Source: Octopus sinensis
Taxonomy: Eukaryota
DNA: 64,000 nucleotides
Direction: 5' to 3'
Assembly: GCF_006345805.1 (NCBI RefSeq)
Contig: NC_043012.1
Location: forward strand, 39,122,001-39,186,000
Shown here: one piece after another, positions 1 through 13,314 of the stretch
Layout of the letters: the number at the start of each line of letters is the position of its first letter
Numbering within the stretch: the stretch's first letter is position 1
Translations under genes and position numbers: made by a program
Notes under the pieces: generated by a model
Told to the model about the DNA's origin: nothing
Database searches by the model: none
The model's input: the letters and a program-made list of their open reading frames with translations, nothing else

Positions 1-80
<80 letters not shown>
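1..80. repeat. (GATA)n microsatellite
   Basis: Perfect GATA array running from the window start. Confidence 0.98.
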
Positions 81-81
<1 letters not shown>

Positions 82-85
82 GTAT

Positions 86-236
86 ACGACGGGCTTCTGT
101 CGGTTTCTGTCTAGCAAATCCACCAACACAGTCTTGGTTGGCTCGAGTTTATACCAGAGGGTACTTGCCCAATGTGTGACCCGCAGTGGGACTGAAAACA
201 GAACCATGTGGCTGGGAAGCAAATTTCTTAGCACCC
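86..236 (-). mobile_element. tRNA-derived SINE family A, head portion (diverged)
   Basis: Reverse complement aligns by eye to the head of the 6737 copy (…ccacatggtt…cagtcccactgcg…ttgggcaagt…gaagcccgtcgt). Confidence 0.8.
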
Positions 237-1293
237 ACCCTTAATCTGCGTATATTGTGCACACATTCACGCATCGCCAATTTGTATTTTTCCTTCTGCT
301 TGTTACATGGAACGTTCGGTTCTTCAAGTTCTCTTTGCTCTATAAGTCGATCTACCTTTTTTGGCTGTAAATTTTAGCCACCCTAATTGATGGGATTCTT
401 GATATACTGTGCTTGATAAAATTGGTGGCATGGTCACGGTTGAATAACTTTAATGCTAGATGTACTCCACCACTGATAGTCTATGGCTAAACAACAATAT
501 AAAGCCGTGTTTGAGTTTTCGCTTGAGTGAATGCTCCTTATCAAAGGTACGTGTTCTGGTTTGGATCTACACCAACCTCGAGCATACAAAAATATGATGA
601 AATAAGATCCATCCATGACCACATTGACCTTTTATAACAATGTGCTTCCATTATTAGACAGTAGGTTATAAATTAAGGGGCTTGTGGTTGAAATGTCTTG
701 CAGATTCAGGTATTGTATTGAGGCTCCCATGTCATCAATGTAATGTATGACATACATCGGTAATGTATGTCAGTTTGTCTGACTGAGGGCATCTGTGACG
801 ATTTATGTGCGTCTTCGAGTGCATGTCCTTTCCTTCTGTTTGTGTCTGAGTGTGTGCTTGTATGAAGTTCTGTATCGATGCATGGACGGACATGCTACGA
901 GAGACATATTACTGTTTCGTGTTTATCGTTCACGGAAATACTTGTTTAACTGTGGTGTCTGAGTATTCAGTAAGCGTATGCACAACGGTTACACTAATAC
1001 TCAAACAATATCAGTGAAGCAGAAAGTATGACAAAGCGGGGGTCTCCGTACTACTTTTTTATTAAACTGGATACCGCACAGTTTCCACAAGAGATGCACC
1101 GACCCGTTGTAATACTAAGAGAATCTTCACCAAGGTGAGTTGTAGTTGGAACGAACCCGCGACCTTCTGAATGCCAAGAGAACTACTTAACTATTCAGCT
1201 ATGACAAATTCAGATGCACACTTATATATGCTCATATCTATGTATCTATATATATATATCTATATATATATATATATACATATGTGTGTATAC

Positions 1294-1369
<76 letters not shown>

Positions 1370-1573
1370 GACATGTATATTTCAATATGCTTATACATAT
1401 CTAAACACATATGTATGCGTGTGTTGCGTGTGAATAGACAAATTGATATAGACGCGTAGATATGTGCACACACAGAAACACACACATTTAAAATAAATAT
1501 ATAAACATATATTGTATACTATAAATGTATTTTAGTGTATATTTGGCTATAGGTAAGTATGTGTGCATCTATG

Positions 1574-1624
<51 letters not shown>

Positions 1625-2198
1625 GGTGCGGGTGTATGCGTGTGTGTAAATTAAATTCCCATTCAACCTAAATACCCGGCCAGCGAACAAACTGAAAAAT
1701 CAATTTTCAAATCTAATTTAGATTTAATACAAACTTGTAAACATTATATAATTTCACTTATTTGAAAACACACGCACTCACATCTAGACACACACACACA
1801 CATAAAGAATGAAGACAGCCATAATAAAGTGGGGAAGTGTGAGAATATACTTATTGTTGAAAGTCCCTCTCCATCTTTATACACACACACACACACACTG
1901 AGATATATATATTTATATAAGAATGCATATACGTATATATGTATATAAATGGTGTGCGTAAGTGTGTGTGTAAATATACATTTATATGCGTATATATACA
2001 TATATATGTTCGTATATAAGTATATCAACACACGTACACACGCACACACATATATACATATATATATGTATATAGTATGTGCGTGTCTGTGTGCGTGTGT
2101 GCGTGTGTGTGAGTGTTCGTATGTATGTGTATACGTTGGTTCATTAGGAAGATTCTGATTAAACATGTTTTATAATCGAGAAATCGACAGACGTATGT

Positions 2199-2560
<362 letters not shown>

Positions 2561-2867
2561 TGTGTATGGACTGAATTCTCACATTTTGTATAGAAGGATA
2601 TTTAATCTAACAAACACACAACTTAAGAGGTAAATCAATAGAAATATCTTGCTCACTTTCCCTTACACACACACACTCAGAAGAACACATACACACAGAG
2701 GTACACACACACATACGCAAATACATACGTATTACACACACGCACACACACTATAGACCCACACATGCACCTATCTGTCCACATACACTCAGACATAGAA
2801 TCAACATAATAACACTAAATTCAATTTCCTCCGCAGTTATCGACAATTTTTAGGAAAAAAAAACTAA

Positions 2868-2872
2868 ATATA

Positions 2873-2942
<70 letters not shown>

Positions 2943-3034
2943 TAATAATAATAATAACAATAATCATAATAATAATAATGATGATAATAATAATAATAAC
3001 AGGTCCGACAACAACCATGGCAATAATAATAATA

Positions 3035-3075
<41 letters not shown>
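2868..3075. repeat. (AAT)n microsatellite
   Basis: Direct inspection. Confidence 0.97.
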
Positions 3076-3077
<2 letters not shown>

Positions 3078-3396
3078 ACGAGAAGGAAAAAAAGCCGGCA
3101 AGAGAGAACAGCAAACTGAATCGTTGGAGTATTGTAGTAAACAAAGGCTGAAGCATTATGTTACTGTGAAAAACGCATTGTGAACACGATTAAAAAAAAA
3201 GTGTCCGTTTTTGTTTGTTTTTGTAAAACGAAACAGCTACTTAAAATTTAATTTGTGTCGACTTAGTTCACTTGCGTATGAACTCCATTATAAGTACGAT
3301 ATAACTGAGTACAATAGCAGGCTTTAGAATATTTTCTAAAGAGATTCTATTATATTCCACTCTTTTATATACGTAGATACTTAGATAGGGTGTAAT

Positions 3397-3448
<52 letters not shown>

Positions 3449-4009
3449 TGGTGAATGTACTCGCTCAAAGATTAGACACCGCCTTTGCAATCTGTGAGTC
3501 GTTGATGCTTACACACAAACGAGACACTCTTTTGGCAGCACATCCATTCATAACTACATTGACAAACACACACAAACGCACATCACAGACACGCACGCAT
3601 ACACATACACGTACACGAACACACTCAGACATGCACAAACACGCATGCACACACACAAACACACACGCACGCACGCATACGCATAAACATTGAAACATTT
3701 TCGGTTAGTCTCGCCTGGAAGTGTTAATATCAAAGGTGTTTGTACTCATTTCCGGCGTGGTTGACGATGTTTCCATCCCGGTTAAAATATTGTAGGACAA
3801 TCACGTGTCGTGCAAAAGAAATGGCTGACTGCTGAGGTTAGAGCAATACCTGGTGGTTGTTTATACACAATGGGAAGAATGGGAAAAGTAAAGGCGAAGA
3901 GAATGCTTTTGTGGGGATCAACCAACGGAAGTGGAGACCATTGTGTAAAATCAAGAGAAAGTAAACGGTTCGTCTGCGGGACAATTGAAAGAGAGAGGAA
4001 ATAGGGTGA

Positions 4010-4225
4010 CTGTGGGACGGAGGCGTTTTTAGTAAATGTACACAATCTTGAAAAAAGAGAGCACCTCTGTGGGGCAGAGACTGTCGTAAAAAATGTATTC
4101 AATTCGGAGACAGGGGAGACAGCATATATGGGGACAGACACGCTTGTAAAAAAGATGAACAATCGAGAGAGACAGAGAGAGTGAGGGGTGAGGCAGCACG
4201 TTTGTTGTAGAAAATATATACATTT
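4010..4225. repeat. Degenerate ~58-bp minisatellite, left part (continues at 6317-6395 beyond the LINE)
   Basis: Core CTGTGGGACAGA-like words at 4010, 4067, 4127, 6317 and 6375, most followed by GTAAA…CAAT. Confidence 0.6.
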
Positions 4226-4227
4226 TC

Positions 4228-6290
4228 AGGCAGTGAAAAGTCCCGCCTGAAAATAAAACTGTTGGAAATTGAAAAATGTTTGCAACTCTCCCATGGAAAA
4301 GAAAGAGCAGACAAAGAAGCCTGGGCTATAGACAACGTAAATTCTAACCCCAGAGCTTTCTACAGGTATGCCAAAGGAACAGCTACGGTGCACTGTAGGA
4401 TAGCGCCACTCCTTGAAAAGGATGGCACACTCACAGGAAATCCAATGGGGGTAAGTGAAATACTAAATGAGCAATTTAAGAGTATTTTCACTCCACCCCT
4501 AGGACATTTTCAAGTCAGCAATCCAACTGACTTCTTTACCACTGCAGATATAAAATCAGAGGCAGCGATGATTGATTACATCAATATAAATCAATATAAA
4601 GGAAGACGATGTAATAAAGGCTATAGATGAAATGAAAACAAACTCAGCTACTGGCCCCGATGGATTCCCAGCAATCCTTCTAAAAGTATGTAAGAGAGTC
4701 CTAGCAGACCACTGCAGTTCCTCTTTCAGAGCTTCTTTGCAACTGGTAAACTCCCAAGAAAACTGAAGGAAGGTAAAATATGCCCTATTCATAAAGGAGG
4801 TAGCAGAGCGGAGGCCAATCTCTCTGACCTCACATATCAGCAAGGTCATGGAACGAATAGTCAGAAGGAAACTAATCGCCTTCCTTGAAGAAAATGACTT
4901 GCTGCCTGACACCCAACAGGGTCTCCGACCAGGAAGAAGCTGCTTAACTCAGCTCCTACAACACTATGACTGGGTGCTGAAACGACTGCTTAACCACTCA
5001 AATGTGGAAGTGATATATCTCAACTTTGCAAAGGCCTTTGATAAAGTCGACCATGGAATGATATGTCCCAAACTGCGTGATCTTGACATAGTTGGAAAAT
5101 TGGGATAATGGCTTCATGACTTTCTGAAGGATAGAAGTCAGGTGGTAGTAGCCAATGGGGCCACTTCCATTAACATGCAAATAGTGAGCGGTGTTCCGCA
5201 GGGCACTGTTTTGGGACCACTACTGTTCATAATGGCCCCCTCAGACATGCCCTCAGCCACGCAGAGAGCCACGATCACAAGTTATGCAGATGATACAAAA
5301 GTTTCACAGGCAATACAGAACCCTGAAGACACTAAGCACCTGCAATGTGAGCTGGACAAAATATACAAGTGGGCTGAAAAGAAAAGCATGCAGCTCAATG
5401 CTGAAAAGTTTCAAGCTTTATGCTATCAGCATGCAAAGCTAAATGCAATACCCAATAAATACACTGGACCTGGAGGGATTGCAATCCCAGAGGCACAATC
5501 AGTGCGAGACCTGGGTATTTACATGAGTAATGATGCAACCTTTCATGTGCATGTTGCTAAATTGGCAATGAAATGTAGGCGGCTGTCCGGATGGATTCTT
5601 AGAACCTTTAGAACAAGAGACCAGGAAACCATGATGGTCCTCTGGAGGACACTTGTCCTAAGCCACTTTGACTATTGCTCTCAGCTATGGTCACCATCCA
5701 GTGTCAAGTTAATCACAGAACTTGAGGCGATCCAACGAAGCTACACGAAGATAGCCTCTGTGCAGCATACAAGCTATTGGGAAAGACTCAAGAGATTGAG
5801 ACTCTATTCCTTAGAGTGTAGGCGAGAAAGATATGCCATAATATACATCTGGAAGATCCTAGAAGGACTTGTCCCAAACTTTGGCATCGAGAGTTACACA
5901 AATGCCAGAACTGGGCGCCACTGCATAGTGCCAAGGACACCAAATTTGCCATCAAGATGTAGGACAAGATATTGTGATAGCCTGGGCTTCCGAGGCCCAC
6001 AGCTCTTCAATATCCTCCCGAAGAACCTAAGAGACCTGCATGGGGTGGATGCAGATGTCTTTAAAATGGAGCTGGATCTCTTCCTGTCAGGTGTCCCAGA
6101 TGAACCAACTTCACGGCAGGAGGTGCAGATGAGGGCAGCTGCATCAAACTCTCTCATGCACCAAATGGCAATTGCTAAAAAGCATTCGTGAAGTAAAATC
6201 ATATAGAAACACCAAATGGCGGTGCCCCAGCATGGCCATAGCTCGTGAGCTGAAACTAGATAAAAATAAAGATAAAAAAAATAAATAAAA
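4228..6290 (+). mobile_element. 5'-truncated CR1-group non-LTR retrotransposon (LINE); ORF2 reverse transcriptase with frameshifts and a stop
   Basis: Motifs ATGPDG, LRPGRSCLTQLL, FAKAFDKVDH, SGVPQGTVLGPLLF, YADDTK, RDLG, RRERY, RGPQLFN across ORFs 4262-4630, 4848-5108 and 5142-6191; in-frame TAA at 5106; short 3' UTR ending in a GATAAAAA-rich tail. Confidence 0.95.
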
Positions 6291-6563
6291 CAGTCCCAAA
6301 ATTGGAAAGATCCCGTCTGTGGGACAGAGGTGGTTATAGTAAAGAATACAATCGTGAGAAAGGAGGCAGAACATCTGTGGGACAGAAACACTAAAATCAT
6401 TTTGTATACCTTGATGCCAATGAGCCAAATATCCTTTCTGTCGTTGTAATCCCCGGTCTCTCCAGGATTAGTAGCAGCATCATAAATTTGAGGCCTGGGT
6501 CCTCATTGAAAATTACTCGTGAGATGTATTGGGAATTACCGTTTGCCGGATTTAAAAAAATTA

Positions 6564-6630
6564 TTTTATTTGTTACACTTATTTGGCTGCGGCTATGCTG
6601 GAGCACCGCCTTTAGTCGAACAAATCGACT
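6564..6630 (-). mobile_element. SINE family A 3' tail fragment
   Basis: ctgcggctatgctggagcaccgcctttagtcga is a near-exact reverse complement of 7064-7095. Confidence 0.8.
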
Positions 6631-6736
6631 ATATATTACAGTTCTTTCAAATCCACCGCGCAAGCGCAGTTTTAGTTGGCAGCGATTAAAAATGCCGACT
6701 TACTTCAAAAATTGCTAAAATCATATAAAGAAAATA

Positions 6737-7128
6737 GGCGCAGGAGTGGCTGTGTGGTAAGTAGCTTGTCTGCCAACCACATGGTTTCGGGTTCAGTCCC
6801 ACTGCGTGGCACCTTGGGCAAGTGTCTTCTACTATAGCCTCGGGCCGACCAAAGCCTTGTGAGTGGATTTGGTTGACGGAAACTGAAAGAAGCCCGTCGT
6901 ATATATGTATATATATATATGTATGTGTGTGTTTTGTGTCCCCTAGCATTGCTTGGCAACCGATGCTGGTGTGTTTATGTCCCCGTTACTTAGCGGTTCG
7001 GCAAAAGAGACCGATAGAATAAGTACTGGCTTACAAAAGAATAAGTCCCGGGGCCGAGTTGCTCGACTAAAGGCGGTGCTCCAGCATGGCCGCAGTCAAA
7101 TGACTGAAACAAGTAAAAGAGTAAAGAG
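6737..7128 (+). mobile_element. Full-length tRNA-derived SINE family A (CORE-like, internal microsatellite, LINE-derived tail)
   Basis: Pol III A-box TGGCTGTGTGG and B-box-like GGTTCAGTCCC; CORE-like ACCTTGGGCAAGT; internal (TA)/(TG) tract; tail GGCGGTGCTCCAGCATGGCCGCAG…(GTAAAAGA)n; multiple copies in the window. Confidence 0.92.
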
Positions 7129-8380
7129 AGAGGGCAGGAAAAATTATAGAAATTTTTCTACTAGTGGCTAGCGTGTATAAACTAGTCAATAGACAACATA
7201 TTTTTCATATAAAATTAATGAACATTTAAACACAAAAGTGGTGTTTTTAACAGTTTTCTGCTATAGCCCGGGGTCAGCCAAAGCGTGCCCAACGGTTTTA
7301 TTAGGCCAAAACTTCGAGGAAAACGCTCCTTACAGAAACACACGCACACACACACACACACATACACACACACACACATACACACACACACATACATACA
7401 CACACACATACGCACACATATATGTGTTTTTGTATGTGTGTATGCGTGTGTGTGTCCACTATTTCCGCATTGGTTTAGTGACGTGTGGGTGCATGGAATA
7501 ATTACAAGGCTTCAAAATGCATAATTGTGTCAACTTATTTGATTGAACCCTTCGAAGCGATGTTGCGGTATGGTCGTAATCCAATGACTGCATCGTGCGG
7601 CAGAACAAGAGAAATGGAAACTTTCCTAGACCTTTATGTTTTCTCCACCTTCGAAACAATCAAATATTGAGTGAAACTTACGATTGTTGTGATTTGAGAT
7701 CTTACTGGAACTTAGTGAAATAGCGAATTTATCGTCGAACAGCCTACCGAATCTAATACACATTTTAATAAAATTAAACAATATCCTTAATTAATACTGC
7801 GGATTATTTGTCCTTTATAGTAAAATACTTAGTTTTTAATAAGAATTTTAAAAGCAAATACGTCACATTTGTTGTCTCATTTACAGAATTTATATTCGTA
7901 TATACACAAATTTAGATATATAAATGCACACACACACGCGTGTGTGTGAGAGAGAGCCTCTTTGTGTGCGTGTGTGTCTGTCTATGTGTGCGTGTGTGTG
8001 TAAGTGGCATGCACACTTCATCAGATTCAATTCGGTACGAAAGACAGAGTACTTAATATCCTATAGACATTAAGCCATGCTTGAAAGTCTATAGAACCAT
8101 CTTCATTATTCTTCCTTTCAATTGTGAGCCATTAATTCGGTGCCAACAATCTGGTCCCGTTATAATTGACCATAAATCTACTTGATATATAAGCATATAT
8201 ATATATATATATCATGAATTCTTGTACCTCAGTACGGTTAATTATAAATGCGACAAAAGAATATATACATACATCTATACACACATACATATACAGTGAG
8301 ACAGAAAATGAATAAGAGAGAGAGAGAAATTTTAAAAAAGCTTGAAGGCTTTGCACCTCAGTAAGGTTAATTATCATTGC

Positions 8381-8428
<48 letters not shown>

Positions 8429-8637
8429 TACACAGGTATAGTTACATACAGAGCGAAGCATACATGCATATGTGCATACATTGTATGCACTCATATATAT
8501 TAATCTTTTGTATTCTGAACACAAGTGGGCCCAACTAAATATTGGTTATAAATACGTGCTTTTGTCCTTACGTACGATTAATTGAGACTCGAAAACAATA
8601 AATCATATAACATAATATAATATAATATAATATAATG

Positions 8638-8670
<33 letters not shown>

Positions 8671-9049
8671 GAACACAGCATTTAAACTGAGAGCTGCTAA
8701 CAGTTTCTTGCCATGGAGACACTGTGATTAAGCAGATTTGTAGTACGTGAGTCTCTTATCGATCAATGGGCTGAGAGCACGTGGTCTCTGAACGTGATGA
8801 TCGCTAGGAGACAAAAGGTACGTTATGTAATTCTGGCAAATCACAATATTTCTACGGTAAACATCCATTAGTAACTGTTATTTTGAATCCTGAGTCCGTT
8901 AAATTATACTTTTCTGTTACAGGATGGAGTCCTTAACGTGTGTGTGTGCACACGTGTATATTTGCTTACATACATATATATGTGTGTGTGTGTGTGTGTG
9001 TACGTGTATGTGTACATGTGTGTGTGTGTGTGTGTGTGTGTATAAAATA

Positions 9050-9404
9050 GGCGCAGTAGTGACTGTGAGTTAAGAAGCTCGCTTCCCAACAACATGGTTC
9101 CGGTTCAGTCCCACTGCGTAAAACCTTGGGCAATTGTCGGTCTTGGGCCGGCCAAAAACTTGTGAGTGGTATTGGTAGACGGAAACGGAATGACGCGCTT
9201 CGTATATATATGTATACATTTTAGTGTCTGTGTTTGTCCTTCCAACAGATGTTGGTGTGTTTACTTCCCCGTGACGTAGCGGTTCGGCAAAAGATTCCGG
9301 TAAAATAAGTACTAGGTTTACGAAGAATAAGTCCTAAAGTGGATTTGTTCGACTCCAGCATGGATGCAGTCAAATTGACTGAAACAAATAAAAGAATAAA
9401 AGAA
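9050..9404 (+). mobile_element. SINE family A, near full length, diverged
   Basis: Colinear with 6737-7128 from head to (ATAAAAGA)n tail. Confidence 0.9.
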
Positions 9405-9448
9405 TATACACAAACACATATATATGAGTGTATGTATATATACACACA

Positions 9449-9486
<38 letters not shown>

Positions 9487-9856
9487 TATATATATATATA
9501 TATATATATTACTAATATATTAAACTGCTACATGTTCTTTTCAGTATTACAAGCCGGTTTTAGTGTGAAATTATCGTTCCTCCAGTTGCTTCAGGTACCA
9601 AGATATGAAAATTGGCAAAGTGTAATACAACGGTTTGGCATTTTTCAAAATAGTAGTATGTCCCACATACGACAGTAGTACAAAAAATACTTACTGAAAA
9701 TATGACAACATGCATGGACTTATGCGACCAACAAAGTGCTATTGTTAAGCTGAAACTGTTGCTAATGTAAAAAGAAATGGAACGGTGAAACTATGTTTTC
9801 GTTTCCTGAAAAAGCTACGTTTTGGACCAACGACACCTTTGCATAATAGTAACTAT

Positions 9857-9925
<69 letters not shown>

Positions 9926-10029
9926 TGCCACCCTCATCTCTGCTTCTCACTTCGTTACCTATTTAATTAAAGACATGCCAGCGAAAACCATGAGTTTCCT
10001 ATTGATATTATAACCATTTTCTTCCTTTA

Positions 10030-10062
<33 letters not shown>

Positions 10063-10066
10063 GTAG

Positions 10067-10133
<67 letters not shown>

Positions 10134-10714
10134 CGGCCTTCTTTAGAAGGTATTGCTAATTCACCATTTATCTGAATGTTTAGATGTTTCTTTTGATCTT
10201 ATGTCAGGCAAATTCAAAATATGCAGTGGCTACATACAAGAATAGAGACTTAGAAAGTTAGTTTCCTATGTAAATTCTATCTTATTCTAATATTGCGCAG
10301 TGAAATTTGTAGCAAGAACTCCTATATGATGTGTTCCATAGGACGCAGTTCAGTTACAGCCCGGGTTTCAGGGTTCCGCAACAGTTCAGCATTCTGCTAA
10401 ACAACCCCAGAGATTAGCGTGGTGTAGGTGTCGAAGTTGTCAAAGAGCGTCTGGCCAAATTTTTGATCTGATATTTGAGATGAAACCCACATCGCGGCAG
10501 GAGGCAGAAAATAGAGCAGCACCATCCAACTCGTTACATTCACTAGAAGGTGTAGAGGAAAGAAAGCCAAACACACTGAATGGTGATGTTGCTGCCTGGC
10601 CCCGGCTTCTAGAAGAGAAAACTTACTGAGAAATGCTTAAACTCGTCTGTCTAATTTGTATCGCATTCTTATTTCTAAAATGTCAATGCCTGGGATCATG
10701 TACCAAGTATATTA

Positions 10715-11062
10715 TCTTTTACCTTATATTTGTATGAGTCATTTTTCACTGCGGCCATGCTGGTGCACTGCCTTGAAGGGTTTTAGTCGAACAAATAGAC
10801 CCCAGGACTTATTTCTTTAAAGCCTTGTACTTATTCTGTCGTTTTCTTTTGCTGCACCGCTATGTTACAGAGACGTAAACATACCGACACCGGCTGCCAA
10901 GCGGTTTAGCAGGACAAACCTACACACAAAGACTCACACGCATGTATCAATACATATACGACAAGCTTTATTCAGTCACCGTCCACCAGATCCACTCACA
11001 AGGCTTTGGCCGACCCGGGGCTATAACGGGACACACTTGTCCAAGATGCCACACCTGCGCCT
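10715..11062 (-). mobile_element. SINE family A with most of the tRNA head deleted
   Basis: Reverse complement matches tail, body and CORE-like part; ends gccacac|ctgcgcct, lacking the A/B-box segment. Confidence 0.85.
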
Positions 11063-11999
11063 ATATTAATTCATTTTGAAACAATTTCTGTGGATTCTTC
11101 TAACAGATCATAGCACAGCTAGTTAGTGGTAAGTCTCACGCGGTCATATCGATCACAGTTCTACGAGCCGCAACGAGCATGCTATATGACTCTATCTGTG
11201 GCTGAAATGGGGCTACACAACCACTTTAATAATAACCGCAGTTTGATATTTCCTCTGCTAATATAATTACTTACGCAACGTTCACATCCCGAAGCACCAT
11301 AACTCACCAACAGTAATAAATATAAACGTTAGAGCGCAGTCTGCACTTCAAATCGAGTCTGTGATGTAATAAATAACAACGGAATTGCGTCCATTTTGTT
11401 ACAATTTACAGACTGTAACTTACAAAAACTTTAAGTAAAATTATGTGATGCTACTTCACTGTCTGGTTTTTGCTTCATCACTTCCGCTGCTGTTTATGTG
11501 CTAGATCGGCCTGCTAGAAGTAGCAACAAGTTCTCCTAGCCCTAATCGTTCGCTTAAGAAATGACAGAACATATACGAAAAGACAGTTGCTATTTATGTC
11601 ATTCTATATAGGATGATCTTAGGCCATAAAAAAATACTTACTGATTTATTCAAACCCTGTTTGAATCAGATTCTGTAGTTTTAAGTACATATTATACACT
11701 GTTACAGTTCGTTAACGTAAAATGTTGGCGAAAAGACACATTCTTTTTAGCTTGAGAGTATTACAATTTAGTTTGATTACTATTTAGGCGTTCTGCAGGC
11801 TTATTTTACGAACACGAAATCCATTTACATAACAACAATCTCATTTCAACCGTATAAAGTTTCAGCAGGCCATCGTATTACCAGGGAAGTGTCTGTCTTC
11901 ACGTAATCTATGGAGACGGTATCAATGTAAATAGCTTTTAACGATGAGTCTTCCTCTCATCCTCGTTTGTTATCAACTTCTGTCAATCCTCACACTTGA

Positions 12000-12760
12000 A
12001 TTGGGGACATGAAACACTTCGAGATACTATCAACTCCTTAACGATTCTGTACTTTATGCCATTTCCTCTTGAGCTCCATCTTTTTGTCTCTTGTACAACT
12101 CCTTTGATCACATTTATTGCGGTAACTCTCGTCTCTATTTAGTTTCCAAATGCTTTCCTCCCACATTCATCCTTCGTTTGGTCCCGGCGGATACTTTGAT
12201 GCATGAGAAACAAAATGCTAACTTTATAAGCTTCGACACCATGTATGTGTACTGGTACCATTCTTGTTCATACCGATGTTGGATTGTATCATAAGGATCT
12301 CCTCTGAGGGGTCCAGCATATGGACCCATCAAATGCGGAAAAGGAAAATACAAAAAACTAGACTTCACTAACGATCTAGGTGTCCTTAGTGCCTTATATA
12401 CGGTAAACCAAGGCCTGAAGCCCAGTTACAGTAACAGCATCTGAAGGGTCGGTGCTCGTATCAGCGATGAAAAAAACCCAAGTGATGATTATGGTTGAGA
12501 CACAATAGAAACAATTCTTGCCGGTGGGCAAGATTATGAAGATCCTTATCTCCTTCGTGCACCGCGGTTGTAATATCATTAACGATGGAAACTTAGAAAC
12601 TGCCGTAGGGAAATAGTTCAGCAAGGCAATATGTCGGTCAGGTATCTCTAGATGTTTTCAAGCATCTCTGTCTATTTTGTCCACTTCCTACATCAAACAA
12701 GGCATCAGACCTGTCTCTATTCATTCAGTCTTCATTCTGACGTCCATTTATGTCACAAAT
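12000..12760 (-). mobile_element. Possible highly decayed RTE-like LINE remnant
   Basis: Broken minus-strand peptides KHLEIPDRHIALL, CTKEIR and IKYRIVKELI loosely resemble RTE ORF2 segments in the expected order. Confidence 0.3.
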
Positions 12761-13314
12761 TGCACGGACTTGTGAATCTCCTCACTCAGAAAAGAATATA
12801 TAAAGTTCTCTGGTGGAAATTTGCTGGAAATGGGATAAGTATGATCCACGTGGTTAAGTTCTTTTCGCAACGTCGAGGCTTCTAGTTCAATCTCACTAAA
12901 GGGTACCATAGACAAATGTATTCGATCAAATCCTTGTACACGTAAGCCGTCGTCTGCGCGGGAAGGATTCTATCAGTTCATGAATGGGGTATCTAATCAA
13001 TTGGACAGTAAAAAACACCACTTGGCTAAAACTTTGAATAATCTCAACAGAATTTACTCGGCTCCACAAATTCAGAGAACCTCTCCGATGTGAGTTTTCT
13101 TCTTCCGGTTCCGGAGATAACATAGAACATCGGCGCTTATGCCATTTGTCTTTGGAACGCAGTATTAATAGCAAAGTGCTGTTGGTTACACTCGGTAAGG
13201 ATATTCAGTTGTTACAGGAGCAAGGGTTATTGACTGCTGAAACCACAGTTTGCATGCCATTGCAGTTTAGCAGAAGCAAGAGAAGAAAAATACTGTAAAG
13301 GGGATGACAACATA

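Noticed and set aside
4010-6395. CRISPR-like repeat-spacer reading of the CTGTGGGACAGA units
   Set aside because: Cores are short and degenerate, the 'spacers' resemble each other, the context is eukaryotic and there are no cas genes.
6737-6810. tRNA genes at SINE heads
   Set aside because: A/B boxes are present but there is no complete cloverleaf, and each continues into a repeated SINE body.
10345-10415. Minus-strand GGGTT…AACCCT-GAAA-CCCGGG resembling a hammerhead 3' half
   Set aside because: The CTGANGA core is missing; at best an unrecognisably decayed copy.
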